Positions 11,521-23,580 of a stretch of DNA of 64,000 bases are shown here, piece after piece. A program made the translations under genes and the position numbers. The DNA is from Lama guanicoe (Eukaryota): NCBI GenBank assembly GCA_013239625.1, contig MU054001.1:3292151-3356150 (forward strand). The letters are read 5' to 3'. A model generated the notes under the pieces. It saw nothing but the letters and a program-made list of their open reading frames with translations, ran no database searches and was not told where the DNA came from. Each line of letters begins with the position of its first letter. The stretch's first letter is position 1.

Positions 11521-13970
11521 TTGAAAGGAACTGTTGTGTCAATCATCAGTAGGAACCAAGCAGAAGCCAACTCAGTATTAATGTAGGAGCTGGAAGGAAG
11601 CTTGCAGGAGCAAATCCGAAATAAGAGGCAGGTGCGCTTGTGAGCCCAAGGTTCCGGCACCTCCCGGGTGAGTGAGGTCTGTCCAACTGTCTTGCTGGAA
11701 CTTCGTCTGTTTTACCTATTTCTGTCAAAAAGCGTCTCCAAAGCAGAAATGATTGTTTTATTCGTCTTCGTACCTTGTCGTGCTTTACCTGATCCATAGA
11801 AGGCTCTGTCAGATGAACTGGCAACAGCTGGGTGCATGGGAGACAGTGATTACTTGGGACCCAAGTAACTTTCTATTCCTTCAAGTCTTGCTCTTTACGT
11901 ATTAGATGTCCTCTTAAAGGATGAAAGAGCTGTCTGAGACTGACTCTTATGTTCATTTTAATGAAGCATTATAGGTCTGTGAATAAAAAGAAAGAAACAT
12001 TCCCTGCATTGTCTGTTTTGCCTGCATCTCCCAATTATCCATACCTGGAGAAAAAGACCATACTGATGAACTAACTAGTAATCCCATTTCCCTGAGATAC
12101 TACATGTGGCCATTTAGAGGCAGTAACCACTCTTTGCTATGTGTACCTTAAACAATCCTCAAAAAAGAAGTACAGTAAATAAGAGCAAATGCCACCACCA
12201 CCTGTAATTTTAGGCTCCAGGATATTCAAAAGACGTTGAGTAAAAATTGTGCCCTAACATTTAATGTCAGAGGCCCCACTCTATGATTGTGTTTATTCCT
12301 GTTCTCAATAAAACTACTGGCTTCCTTTAAGCCACACTTTTTTATTAAGCATCCATTGTGTGAGGTGATAGTTCTCGGCTCTCATGCTGGTGGGTTTGCC
12401 CTGTCAAAGGTGAGTTTCTCGGGGCTCAAGCTCAACAATTCCAGGTGAATTCTGTCCTTTGGGCTGGTGTTGACTTGCTGAACATGCTCAGAGGGGAAAA
12501 CAACCAGGAGAATCAGGAGCTGGATCCAATACGTGCCTCGTTTCACCTTGTCACGCACAAATGACTGTTGGGTCCTTCCAATCCTTATTTTTCCATTCAA
12601 GTTGGGGAGGATCGCAACCAAAGAGAAAGAAAGTGGGGACCGTGAAGAGAGGGCAGCCCAGTGCGCACCCCTAAATGTCAGGTTGTACAGGAGAGTTATA
12701 ATTAAAGTCCAAGATGACAGATAACTATAAAATCAGATTGGTTCCTTTCCACATGGAAGGAAAACATAATGTTGTCGTCCAACCCAAGCCTTTTTTTTTT
12801 GTAAATTAAAATTACAGTTTTATCTGAAGCTGTTTTTAAAGGTCCATTAATTAAAAATTGGAAGCCATGCCAATGCGAGAAATACTATAAAAGGTGTTAG
12901 ATTTAATGATCACCAAGCATGATAATTAAAAGATGATGTTATCTGAATATCAAATGCTCTCAATCCATGTTTGTTTTTTATTGAAAATAAACAAATTCAA
13001 GAGCAAAAGAAAAATAGAAAAGATATGTGCAAAATGTAATGATAATGGTTGACTTCTAAACAGCCAAGGAAATTATAGTCCTCATGTGTGGGAAAAGAAC
13101 AAACACCTCTTAATTGCATTTCATTATAACGTACCTTTCTCTGCTCAGTTGTATATATTAATTATAAAAATCGTATTGCAGAGCAGAGAGAGACTCTACA
13201 ATAGTTTTTTTTTCTCCCCCTTCCTCCTTTAATTCTGTCTGAAGCAGGATGGAAGAACAATATCGTCTGTCATCTGCAGAAAGAGCTTTCAAAGACAAAA
13301 TCATAAAAAGAACGAAAGGCTATTATATAAAAAAGAAAAAAAAAGCTTTGATTTCACAGATTTTTCCACTTATTCATGTTTAAGGTTAATCTGTTCTTTT
13401 AGAAAAGTATTTTCTCATATTGTTTTGTATGTGTATGTTCGTGTAACATCACTTTCTGATAACTGTATCACATGGCACACGCCTTACGTAGACCACTGTT
13501 CGTGGAAGCGGGGTGGGAAGTCAGCGTTGTTATGGAAAGATGCCACGCAGGACTTGAAGAATTTTCTCAGTCTTGGCAGAATCAGAAAGTGATGGGTTGG
13601 ATTTGAGGCCAGTGCTTCAAGAAGGATGGCCAGCTACTGTCTTGCTCTACAAAGGGCAATGAAGAGGTAGGGAGCTCGTTCTACAACGAGAGAGATGCAA
13701 GGGAACACACTACAAGGGCTTTCAGACTGCCAGCGTTTTGAGATGGTGAGAAGAGAAGCCAAAATGGCACCCGGAATTCTGCTTAAACTGGTGAGCTCCA
13801 TTCGTCTAGCAAGGGTTAAGGGTACGATTCTAGAGTGAGCTCAGGATCTTAGCCTGTGCTTTTAGGAAATACATGTGTCTAACTGCAGCTTTCTGAGCAG
13901 AGATCCATAACTTACCAGATTCTTGGCTGAATCTGTAGTCCAGAAAGTTTTAAGAACTGCTGCTCAAGGC

Positions 13971-14135
13971 CATTGGTACTCAATTGTGGTCCATGGACCA
14001 GCAGCACTGGTGTCACCTGGGAGCATCTTGGAAATGTAGAATCATGGGTCTCGCCTCAGACCTGCAGAATCAGAATCGGCATTTAGGCAAGATCTCTGGG
14101 TGATCCACATGCCCCTGAAAGTGTGAGATGTGTTG
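13971..14135 (+). mobile_element. MER5B/MER5A-type hAT-Charlie MITE
   Basis: tgtggtccatggaccagcagcact...tcacctgggag...gaaatgtagaatc...gaatcagaatc...aagatctctgggtgat. Confidence 0.85.
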
Positions 14136-14214
14136 ATTTAGATGACCTGAAAATGACAGTCCAAGCCTATCCATGGTGCTGGAGAGTCACAGCTGTGTTT
14201 TTCCGTCCTTGGTT

Positions 14215-14397
14215 GTGGATCATACAGGCTCACATTCAATCCTGTGCTCTGTCATTCACTATGTGATCTTAACCCCGAAGGAGATGGCAACAATACCTTC
14301 TTCATCTGAGTGTCGTGATAATTAAATGAGATAACATGCATACAGCATTTAACAGAGAGCCTGAAGCATAGAAATCACTTAATAACAATAGCTATTT
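14215..14397 (+). mobile_element. MIR SINE
   Basis: ttcaatcctgtgctctgtcattcactatgtgatctt...attaaatgagataacatgcatacagcatttaacagagagcctga. Confidence 0.75.
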
Positions 14398-14461
14398 CCT
14401 GAATTTTGTCAGAGTCTAAAAATTATCCATGACATCCAAAAATGTCATCTACACACTAAAG

Positions 14462-14672
14462 CAGTGCTTCTCAAGCAGGGGCAATTTTGCACCCCCAGGG
14501 ACATTCAGCAATGTCTGGGCACATTTTTGTTGTCATAATGAGCGGGAGGAATGGTGTGACTGGCATCCAGTGGATAGAGACCAGGGATGCTGCTACAGTA
14601 GACAGGAGAGCTTCTCGCAAAAAGGGTTACCTGGACCAAAAATCTCAATAGTACTAAGATTGAAAAACTCTG
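14462..14672 (+). mobile_element. MER20 (hAT-Charlie MITE)
   Basis: cagtgcttctcaagcaggggcaattttgcacccccagggacatt...ggcatccagtggatagagaccagggatgctgcta...ttgaaaaactctg; flanks cactaaag/atctaaaa fit the hAT target. Confidence 0.92.
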
Positions 14673-14859
14673 ATCTAAAAGTAAGGGCATGAAAAACTGG
14701 CTTGGTCAGGTCTCAAGGCAGCCTTAGGGTTCTATGAGTACCTGAGAGGTTACTTGTCATTTAAACTAAAAAGTGAAAGAGGATTGACACCTTCAAATAC
14801 GTCAAAAATTGAGTGAGTCTTCTACAGGGATTTCCACCCTGTGAGGAAGTTAAGCAGTA

Positions 14860-15100
14860 ACTGGATCAACCTATCAAAATCAGCTCCCCCCCACCCCCTC
14901 CTGTCACCCACATCACAGCACCCTGTGTTTCCTCTTTGGTGTACCCTTCCTGCTCTGTAATTATTGCTCACTTATTATGTGCTTGATTCTGCTCTGCCTT
15001 CACTGGAGATCTTGATAGGAGATCTTTCATCTGCCTGTGTCCCTCATGCTCCCTGGCACGAATGGGAGCTTCTGAAATATTTGTGCAATGAATATATTTA
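14860..15100 (+). mobile_element. L2 3' fragment
   Basis: catcacagcaccctgtgtttcct...cctggcacgaatgggagcttctgaaatatttgtgcaatgaat. Confidence 0.6.
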
Positions 15101-15344
15101 TTCCAGGCCTTCCTCGCAGATAATGGTGAGACACACTTGGCAGTTTAATATACCTGCTCTCCTGGTCCCTCTGTCTCTTTTTAAAGACTTGAGACAAAAA
15201 TAGACTAAAACCTTGCATTTGGGGTTATTTTGGAATATTGTAAAGATTCCCAGAAATGAAATGAGTTTAAAAAGAAGAAAATACACAGATGTACTCCCAC
15301 CATGAGCAACATAGCAGCACTGTAAAGGCAGCAGGCTAAAATAC

Positions 15345-15520
15345 TTTTATTGTTTAAGAAAAAGACTCTGGAGTCAGGCAGAACTGGGTCCAAATGAGCA
15401 TCACCATTTACTAGCCATGTGACTTCAACAAGTTACCCAGCTGCTTGAAGTCTTAGTGCTCATAACTTTAAAATGGGAGTAATCATTAGACTGAAGGTAT
15501 TCTACAGATGAAAGGAGACC
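15345..15520 (+). mobile_element. MIR SINE
   Basis: agactctggagtcaggcagaactgggtccaaat...ccatttactagccatgtgactt...aaaatgggagtaat. Confidence 0.75.
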
Positions 15521-15587
15521 AATCATTCAACAAATATCAACTGTGGGTTGACTCTGCAGAGCACCATGCTAGGCGCTAATGTATGTA

Positions 15588-15936
15588 CAGTTGGCTCTCT
15601 GTGTCTATAGGTTCTGCATCCATGAATTCAACCAATCTCAGATAAAAATATTCTAAAAAATTCCAGAAAGTTCCAAAAAGCACAACTTGAATTTGTCACT
15701 CTTGTGGCAACTCTTTACATAGCCCTTACACTGTACTTACAACTATTTACATAGTAGTTACACTGTATTAGGTATTATAAGTAATCTAGAGATGACTTAA
15801 AGTATATTGGAAGATGTACCTAGGATTTATGCAAATAATTCACCATTTTATGTAAAGGACTTGAGCATCTGTGGATTTTGGTGGGTCCTGAGGTGGGTCC
15901 TGGACCAAATCTCCCTTGGATATCAAAAGATGACTG
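15588..15936 (+). mobile_element. Tigger3a-like TcMar-Tigger MITE, full length (strand nominal)
   Basis: TA TSDs on both sides; termini cagttggctctctgtgtctatagg...cttggatatcaaaagatgactg; internal tgtattaggtattataagtaatctagagatga; 349 bp. Confidence 0.9.
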
Positions 15937-16984
15937 TAAACTACTTGGCACCAGGCACAGTTAATACATGTTCTATAAACCCTCTCACAGACATGCTGGG
16001 GCCATCGAGTGCCCGGCAGGGGATTCCTGCCTTTTGAAGCTTATCTGCACCCCTTGGGAAGAGCAATGGTGACCTGAAGATCATGCCATCTTAGTGCCCA
16101 ATGATGTCTGTCTTAGTAAAAAGAACCAAACAGTGATTTAAAATAGTTCATCAGCAAATTAAAGTATCCTGTGACAACTCTTTAAAATTAAATGGGAAGG
16201 ACATAGCAAAGTAGTCTGGGAAAATAAATGACGACTTTAGGAAACCAAAGAGAAGAGTTTGTGAGAGATCGTTATCACCGTGTCCACTACAACATCTGAA
16301 AAGTAAACCCGACCTCAGTATGCAAGGAAATGGGCAATCATTTGGGAAACTGGGAAAGTCAATGGTTTGGAATTCTTTCTTCACATTAAAAAATCGAAAT
16401 TACATAAATCTGTGGAAGATACACCCAAAAAGTTTATGTGCATAATGCCTACATGAAAACCTAGCTCTTTAGTCAAGTTCTCCATGATAAAATGCAAGAA
16501 ATGAATAAAATTATATTAGAGGGGTTATGTCTTTGCTGTTCATGTTTTTACCTAAAATCTTCTTTAATGCTGCTAAATCTTCTTCCTAGTTAAAAAGTAT
16601 CTGTAATAATAATTAAATGCTTTAGCGCTAGATTAATGACTAAGAATTTTCCTATTTCGGAAAAAAATAGTCCAAGAAAGGTCCCAGGAGGGGGGAAATG
16701 AATAAAAACACATTGGAAAAATTAAATATGGCCAGTGGGTAAACTGTAATTACCTAGTGCCTAGCAGTTTGAATCAGAATGTTATGCAGATGGTCATTTG
16801 CATGCTTAACTGTAGTGAAAAGAAGCAGGTACCTTATCTAGAAGGGGAAAAAGGGGAAAGAAATTATACTTTGAAAGTAAGGATTCACTGGGTATGTTTT
16901 TATCAGTCTTCAAACTTGAGTCATCTTAATGTAATCAGATCCTGGACCGAGGCTCCTCCTCCAAAGAACAAATCAAAATGTTCA

Positions 16985-17230
16985 GATGCTTACGTGTTAG
17001 GGTCAGAAAGATTTGTCTCCAAATCCCTGCCTTACCTCTTGCTGTTTGGCTTTGAGCAAGAGGCTGGACTTGTCTGAACTTCCTTTCCTTCACCTGTAAA
17101 ATGAAAATAGTATTTTATTTTTAAGGATTAAAATGTTTTAAGGACTCGATTCGATTCAATTCAGTTCAATTTTCAGTATGTGTACAACACCGAACACTGG
17201 TAAGTGTTCAATAAGTATCTGTTAATCATG
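16985..17230 (+). mobile_element. MIR SINE (degenerate)
   Basis: ggtcagaaag...tttgagcaag...tttccttcacctgtaaaatgaaaatagta...gtaagtgttcaataagtatctgtt. Confidence 0.65.
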
Positions 17231-17984
17231 GGGTTAATATTACTATTCTAACAGATGGTTCTCACTCTGTTTCATTCCTATCTGTGAGCCAGGTAGTGTT
17301 TGGATGTGTTTGGGATGTTTGGACTAGGAGCTCTTTTTTAACTTTAACTTCCATGCCGAAAGAAAAAAAAAGAAAGAAAGAAAGAAAACTCTCAACCTCT
17401 GAATTTCTTTCCATTGCTAATTGCTTCTCCCCATGCTGTGACAAGCATATCTTTCCTGTTTGGTAGTTGATGAATCAATCAAAAGATGCTTTTGTAATGC
17501 AGTGATTTGGGGGTTGCTGAACTGCCTGATGGAATGTGTGACGCTAACAGCCCCCCTGGGGATAAGGACTGGATTTCATGCATTTAACACAAGATGTTCC
17601 CAGGGGGTGCCAAACAGTCTCCCCAACCCCAGCCTACCCGGGATAACCATCTAACAAGCTGGGTAGATGCCTACCCAGCCCTAGTTCCAGTTTCTATGGT
17701 AACAGGGCCAACATCTCAACAATCCTGTTGTGATATCCACAGTGTTGCTCTCAATTCCCAGTAGGTGCTTTTCCCTGGTCCCTCTCCTTCTGCCAGTCAT
17801 TCTTGTCCAAAACATATCCTTAACCCATGCCACCAAAACCCTCTCTTCTAAAGGGCAGGTCTAATTTTCTGATCAGCACATTCCAGGTAAAGACTCAATA
17901 TCCGATAACAGTTTATTGAGCAACTTCTCTTTAGAAGACATTAAAATTTCAAAGTGGGATTCCAAAAACTAATCTGCAATTCAA

Positions 17985-18430
17985 GTTGATCACTGAGTGC
18001 TTACTGGGTACCAAGCACAGTTCCAGGGGCCAGGCAGGGTGAAGAGCCAGGAGTAGAAATATTAGCAAGCACCATTCAGACTTCAAGGAACTCAAACTGA
18101 GTTTGGGAAAATGACCATGTTTACATCTCAGAATGATGCAGGAAAAATTAATAAGGGCTGGCAAGTATAATTAAAGCTGGAGCCTTCACCAAGGAGGAGG
18201 CATTCTGATTATTGGGGCAGGTGAGGAAGGAAAGTCAAGTCAGGACAAACACCATGGAGAAACATTTTGAGCTGGGCATCACAGAATGTGAAGTTTTCAT
18301 GGGCAAAAAAAATGAAGAATGAAGAAATGCTACTCAGAGTTAAGGAAATGCCATGATCAGGGGCACAGAGTCCCAAAGGTGCACTGAGCATGAGGGATGG
18401 GAAGGAAATAGCCAAGGATGGCAAAGACAT
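17985..18430 (-). mobile_element. L2 fragment
   Basis: cactgagtgcttactgggtaccaagcacagttccaggg...ttcaaggaactca...ttttgagctgggc...caaaggtgcactgagcatgag. Confidence 0.65.
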
Positions 18431-18699
18431 TGATTCTACTGGAGGAAGGAGATGGGGAATAATGTCATGTGTTAACAGTATCAGTCTTTATGTCTTGGGT
18501 ACCATTTGTCTTCTACACTCTGTTGTAGATAATTTATTAATGAAAACAAACCTGTTAGGATGTATTGAGGACTTCATCGTGTTAGGTGCTGTGCAGAGCA
18601 CTTGACACGAATTTACACCCCTGGGTAAATCAGCTTTGTTCATTTTCCTGTTCTGCTTCTGAGCAGGTGTGCCACATACTGAACGATCCTTCAGGCAGG

Positions 18700-18917
18700 G
18701 CAGATGAATGCGTGAGCTTCCCACCTTAGCTCCATACGTTGTTGGCTCTGAGACACTGGACAAGTTTCCCTCCCCTCCTGAAGCTCCATTTTTTCATCTA
18801 TAAAATGAAATGCAGTAAAATTAATGCCCTCACAACGTGGTTGGGAAGAATAAATGAGAGACAGCCTGAAAAGCACCCAGCACAGGGCTTGGCAGTGGGT
18901 AAGCTCTTAATAAATGC
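18700..18917 (+). mobile_element. MIR SINE
   Basis: ctggacaagtttcc...ttttttcatctataaaatgaaat...aaatgagagacagcctgaaaagcacccagcacagggcttggcagtgggtaagctcttaataaatg. Confidence 0.8.
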
Positions 18918-18969
18918 TTATTATTATTATTATTATCATCATCATTATCATCATCATCATCATCATTAC
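18918..18969. repeat. Compound (TTA)n/(TCA)n microsatellite at the MIR tail
   Basis: Direct reading. Confidence 0.9.
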
Positions 18970-20193
18970 TCCATCACCACCAGTTTACTAAGGCCAGTAG
19001 AGCCATCCTGAGGACACCAGGGAGATTGAGAAAAATATTCCATCTCATTTGTTTGATTTCTATCACCCAGCATGTTTGTCTTTATCCCAGATCATCTGCT
19101 AAGGGAATGTGCCTGATGACTTGAATGGTACTTCTGGCTTGAAAATGCCCACTTTTCAATGCCCCACTCAAGCAGGCCTCTCCAGAAATCCTCGATGGAA
19201 CACCTGAACCCACCAAGCTCGTCCCCTCCGCTGACTGTCCAGCTGTTGCACATCTCGGGCTGCTCCCGCTCATGTGAACTGGTCCAGGAGAAGGACAGCT
19301 CATCTCCCTGTCCTTTGAGCCCTCAGAGAGTCTTGAGGGGCAGGTGGAAGTGCCAGGGGGTCTCCAGCAGCATGCTGGTACGTCCTGAACCCACAAACAC
19401 ATACCCAACCTATCAGCAAATCTCTCATCCTTTTCTTCCCCATCTTCCTTCTCAAGACCCACGGCATGACTGAATTCCTGCTCCTAACACCCCATTCTTT
19501 CTTAAAAACTTTATTGTTCTGATAGAAGCCTGCCTCAATCCATCTCTCATCATCTCTTCATATGATATCTCTACATTTTAAGGTGTTTGGGGCTTAGGGC
19601 TTTAAAAAAAAGATGTTTCATCCAGTATTTAAATCAATCTTTCTCCTCTTTATTGATAGAAACTCAAGGCTGCTGATTAACTTTTCAATCAAAGCTGCCT
19701 ACAACACACACATACTGGTGCGGGCAATAGCAATTGCAGCTTTGGCAGCAACTAAAGTAGTCATTTAGCTGACTTCCTCTGTGTTTCTAGCTGCCCTTCT
19801 TGAAGCAGAGGAAACACCAGGGTTGGCCTCAATTTCCTTGCTTTAAGTGCCTGGTGACAAAAGCTCTTTTACTGAACTTGAGTTTCCTGCATGTACCTTG
19901 GCTTGCTCTGCTGAAACTTCTGGAACGCACCTACTAGGTGTGCAGAATTTGAGCCAGAAAGCTGCGCATTTGAAAGTAGGGGGGAAAAAAAAGAAACGAT
20001 AGCATTTTTCTTTCTTTTTTTTCTTTCTTGCTTTTGAGACATTTGGGAGAGTTAATTAGTACGACACCCTGTAACAGAATCATGATCCCTTACAAGGTGG
20101 CTAGAGGTAGATGTGTGTTTTGGGGGGGAGTACCAGAGGTCACTGGAATGCTTACCCAGAAATGCTAAAGGGAGAGTGAAGGAAAACAACAGC

Positions 20194-20247
<54 letters not shown>
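20194..20247. repeat. (AAT)18 perfect microsatellite
   Basis: Direct reading; abuts the tail of a minus-strand MIR. Confidence 0.95.
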
Positions 20248-20248
<1 letters not shown>

Positions 20249-20249
20249 G

Positions 20250-20450
20250 ATATCAGGGACCTACTCTGTGCTGAACCTGTCCATCTGGGATTTCACAGCC
20301 CTCTGTGGGTAAAGATTGCTATTCACCTCTTTTTACAGTTGAGGAAATGACCCTGGAGGTGTCAGGTCACTCACTGAAGGTCACACAGCCAGTAAAAGGC
20401 AGTCAAGTTGCTAATCAGGCAAGCGGACCCAGAGGGCCCCCTTTCTCAAC
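20250..20450 (-). mobile_element. MIR SINE
   Basis: cctactctgtgctga...ctctttttacagttgaggaaatgacc...gaaggtcacacagccagtaaaaggcag. Confidence 0.8.
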
Positions 20451-21252
20451 ATGAGCTCACTGGGTCGGTCTGTGTTCTGCCTCTATTCGACTGAGAACTC
20501 AGTGAGGGCGATAGCTTTGTCTCCTACAAGTCCTGCACAGGGTAGGTGCTCAAAAATGTGTAAATCAGTGGTTCGTTCAATACATACGTGTCTAATTGGG
20601 GCCAGACCAGTTCTAGATCCTGGGGATACAGTGGCGAACAAGGTAGCCAAGGTCTCAGTCCTTGCGGGGTCACAGTGGGTGGAGGCTTTCTTTGGTTTGC
20701 TACGACAAACTCTTTGCTTAAAGCAGATGCTCTGGCTTTCCGGAGAGCAGTGGCAGGAACCTCAGAACACCTCCATCCAGTCTGGGGGCCCATAAAGGGG
20801 TGCCTCACTCAGAGACCCGAAGCAGTTGCCCTGCACGTGACCTGATTTCTTTTCTTCCAGAATCTAGAATACAAAGATAAACTGACCCAGGGGAGGGGAG
20901 GGGAGAGAGAGAAACAGAAGGAAGTATCATCCTGGTGGCAGGATTGCAGGAAGGAGGGCCAGTGATGGGGTATCTGGCTGCTAGAAAATCCATCCCTCCT
21001 GATTTACAGTCTAATTGCAGAGTCTTTTAACCTCTTTTGTTTGCCATCAACATCAAAATGTCTCTCTTGATTGTAAACTTCTGGAAGGTGAGACTGAGAA
21101 CAGGTGTGATTAAGCAAACTGTCCAGCATGATATGACTTCACTGTTTGCCCAGCAGCCAGCAGACTTTCTACAGCCAGAATTCTATCATCCTTTTGGGAT
21201 TGGGGGTAACTTAGTGACCCTTTCTGGAACTCAGCTTTCCCATCGGTAAAAT

Positions 21253-21756
21253 TGTTGGGGGAGAATAGGTTCTTGCCTTGCGCGGGAAAGAATTCAAGAG
21301 CAAGGCAAGTGAAAGCAAGTGTATTTAGAGAGATACACACTCCATGGACTGAGTGTGGTCTGTCTCACTGAGAAGGGAAAATGGCTTAGGGGATACACCC
21401 TCCACAGACAGAGTGCGGGCCGTCTCAGAAGGTGAGTATGACAGAGCGAGAGCGACCATGAGGTGTGGCATTGTTGGGTTTTATGGGCTGGGTAATTTCA
21501 CATGCTAGTGAGCAGGAGGATTATTCCAACTGTTTTGGGGAAGGGGCCAAGGTTTCCAGGAAACGCCCTCCCATCCACTTTTGGACCTTTTATGGTCAGC
21601 CTAGGGGCTGTCATAGTGCCTGGGGGTGTGCCATGAGGCTCAAGGTCTACTGGAAATCGAGTCTTCTGCCATCTTGGTTCTACCCAATTTGTCCTGTCCT
21701 CGATGGCTGCGTCACCCCTTCAGTGGTTGTGCCCTGCCGCCTTTCCTCCCACTTCA
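21253..21756 (-). mobile_element. ERV1-class solo LTR inserted in a MIR
   Basis: TG...CA termini; perfect 4-bp TSD AAAT (21249-21252, 21757-21760); flanks rejoin the MIR core ctcagctttcccatcggtaaaat|gagaaggttg; internal ~60-bp tandem duplication (gatacac..ctcca..gac.gagtg.gg..gtctca). Confidence 0.88.
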
Positions 21757-23556
21757 AAATGAGAAGGTTGACTCCAGGCTCCTTCCTTAAGTAAGCGTGT
21801 GACCTGCTCCTGGGTCCTCTACCAGATACGATGTCCTGTGATGCTTTGGTGATGGTCCCTGAGCTAGTTTTGCCCATTTAACACCTAGTATTGGATCTGG
21901 TGGGGACACGGGTGAAGCCAGAGCAATGGCAAAAATGCTGGCAGCACTTCGGTCTCCACTGGGGAAGCCAGAATTCAGGAGCCGATCCTTTAGGTCTGAG
22001 GAAGGCAGTGACACACATACACCCAGGAAGGTACCCGGGGCATCTTGCCAAACTGTATTCCATGACCCGCCCATTTCAGCCCCAGGAGTCTTTTGTCAAG
22101 AAAGGTAAAGAAGATCTTCTGAGGACAAGTTTTCCTTGTCTTGGGTTTCAATCTTCACACTGATTTCATTTCTCATTATTTAATTTCCTTCTCATCAGAC
22201 GGAATTAAATGCCAAATGCCATTCCCAGGTCTTCTAAAGTCCAATCGCCCCAACGCTTTGTTTCCAACCTATATAAAAGTTTAAATTTCCTCTTCCCCTG
22301 CTCCAATTTCTGCCAAAACAGTCATCAGCAATGAAATTTTCTAAGATAATTAGCGTATCAGGTATCTGTAATAAGCTAATAATGTATTTCTTGGATTATG
22401 TGTCTCTGGTTAGCTGTTATTAATCACAAATATTATTCATGTCATTTGAAATATTCCTGTTGGCGGATGTTTTTATGCTTGAAGGATTCCAGCTAAAAGT
22501 CTTCAGTGACGGATGGGAGCCCCCTCCCCCGGCCACGAGAGGCGAGATTGGATCGTGTCTTGTTGAACAGGGTTAACCTTCAGGGGAAACAGCATTAAGG
22601 GAAGTAATTATCCATTCACACTGAGCTGGCTACAAAGAAAGTGAGAAAATCACCTTCTCAGAACTCACATGAAAAACATAATGTAGTTAATATTAAATAA
22701 AGTGATTGGGCAACTCAGTCTCTTTTTTACAGTGTGTTCTGATGTGTCCTTGATCAGGGGCTGTTTTGTTTATGATTAATGAATGACTCACCTTGGGCTG
22801 TGTTCCGTTCAATGCATACCTCATTATGAATTTGAAGAGGTCATTCGTTCCTTGGATCTAAAATAAAACCCTTTTTGTACCTTCAGAAGGTTACGAGTTT
22901 GATAGGGGTGCAAAATGAGTGCAAAGAGCAGAGGGACATTTGCTTTGGGGTTGTTTGTTGTTGGTGGTTTTTTTCTTTTTTTTCAACTCTTAGAATTTGA
23001 AGAGAAATTCTAAGCCTGAGCTCTGATTTTAAAGCAGATCTTAAAATTCTGTGGCGTGGGCCCAACTTACCTGTGGCCACAGGACTGCCCTATGGAAGCC
23101 TCGAGTCAGAAGGGCTTCAGATAGGTAGGGCCAACCGCACAAGAGCTCTCCTGCTGCGCTGGAAGGCGCTTCTGGAGGGGATTCACATGGCGCAAAAGAA
23201 ACCAAAAGTAAACACAATCTGGGGTGCAAATACTTAGATAGGACCTATTCTTTCTCTTCTTTCCACATAATCCTCCAGAGGCTCTTTTTCCTCACTTCTT
23301 TTCTTCTTTAAAGTTGCTCCTTATGTTCATTTTAATTTAATTTCACTCATAGTCAACTATCAGGATGAGTAGAAGTTTGCTTTGTGATTGGCCAGACTCT
23401 CAAAATCCAAATTTAATGCAGAAGGTCCTAACAGGAGGAGTGGACAGGAGGGAGAGGGCTGGAGACTGTTTGCCTTTGGTTTTTGTTTTTGCAGGATTCC
23501 TGATAAATAAAATCCTCTGATTAAGGAAATGCATATGTACCTCTTTATCATGATAC

Positions 23557-23580
23557 CACACACACACACACACACACACA
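23557..23580. repeat. (CA)12 microsatellite, followed by a (TGGA)n/(TAGA)n tract at about 23603-23630
   Basis: Direct reading. Confidence 0.95.

Noticed and set aside
18739..19011. ORF with a poly-Tyr/poly-His run
   Set aside because: Artefact of the (TTA)n(TCA)n microsatellite at a MIR tail.
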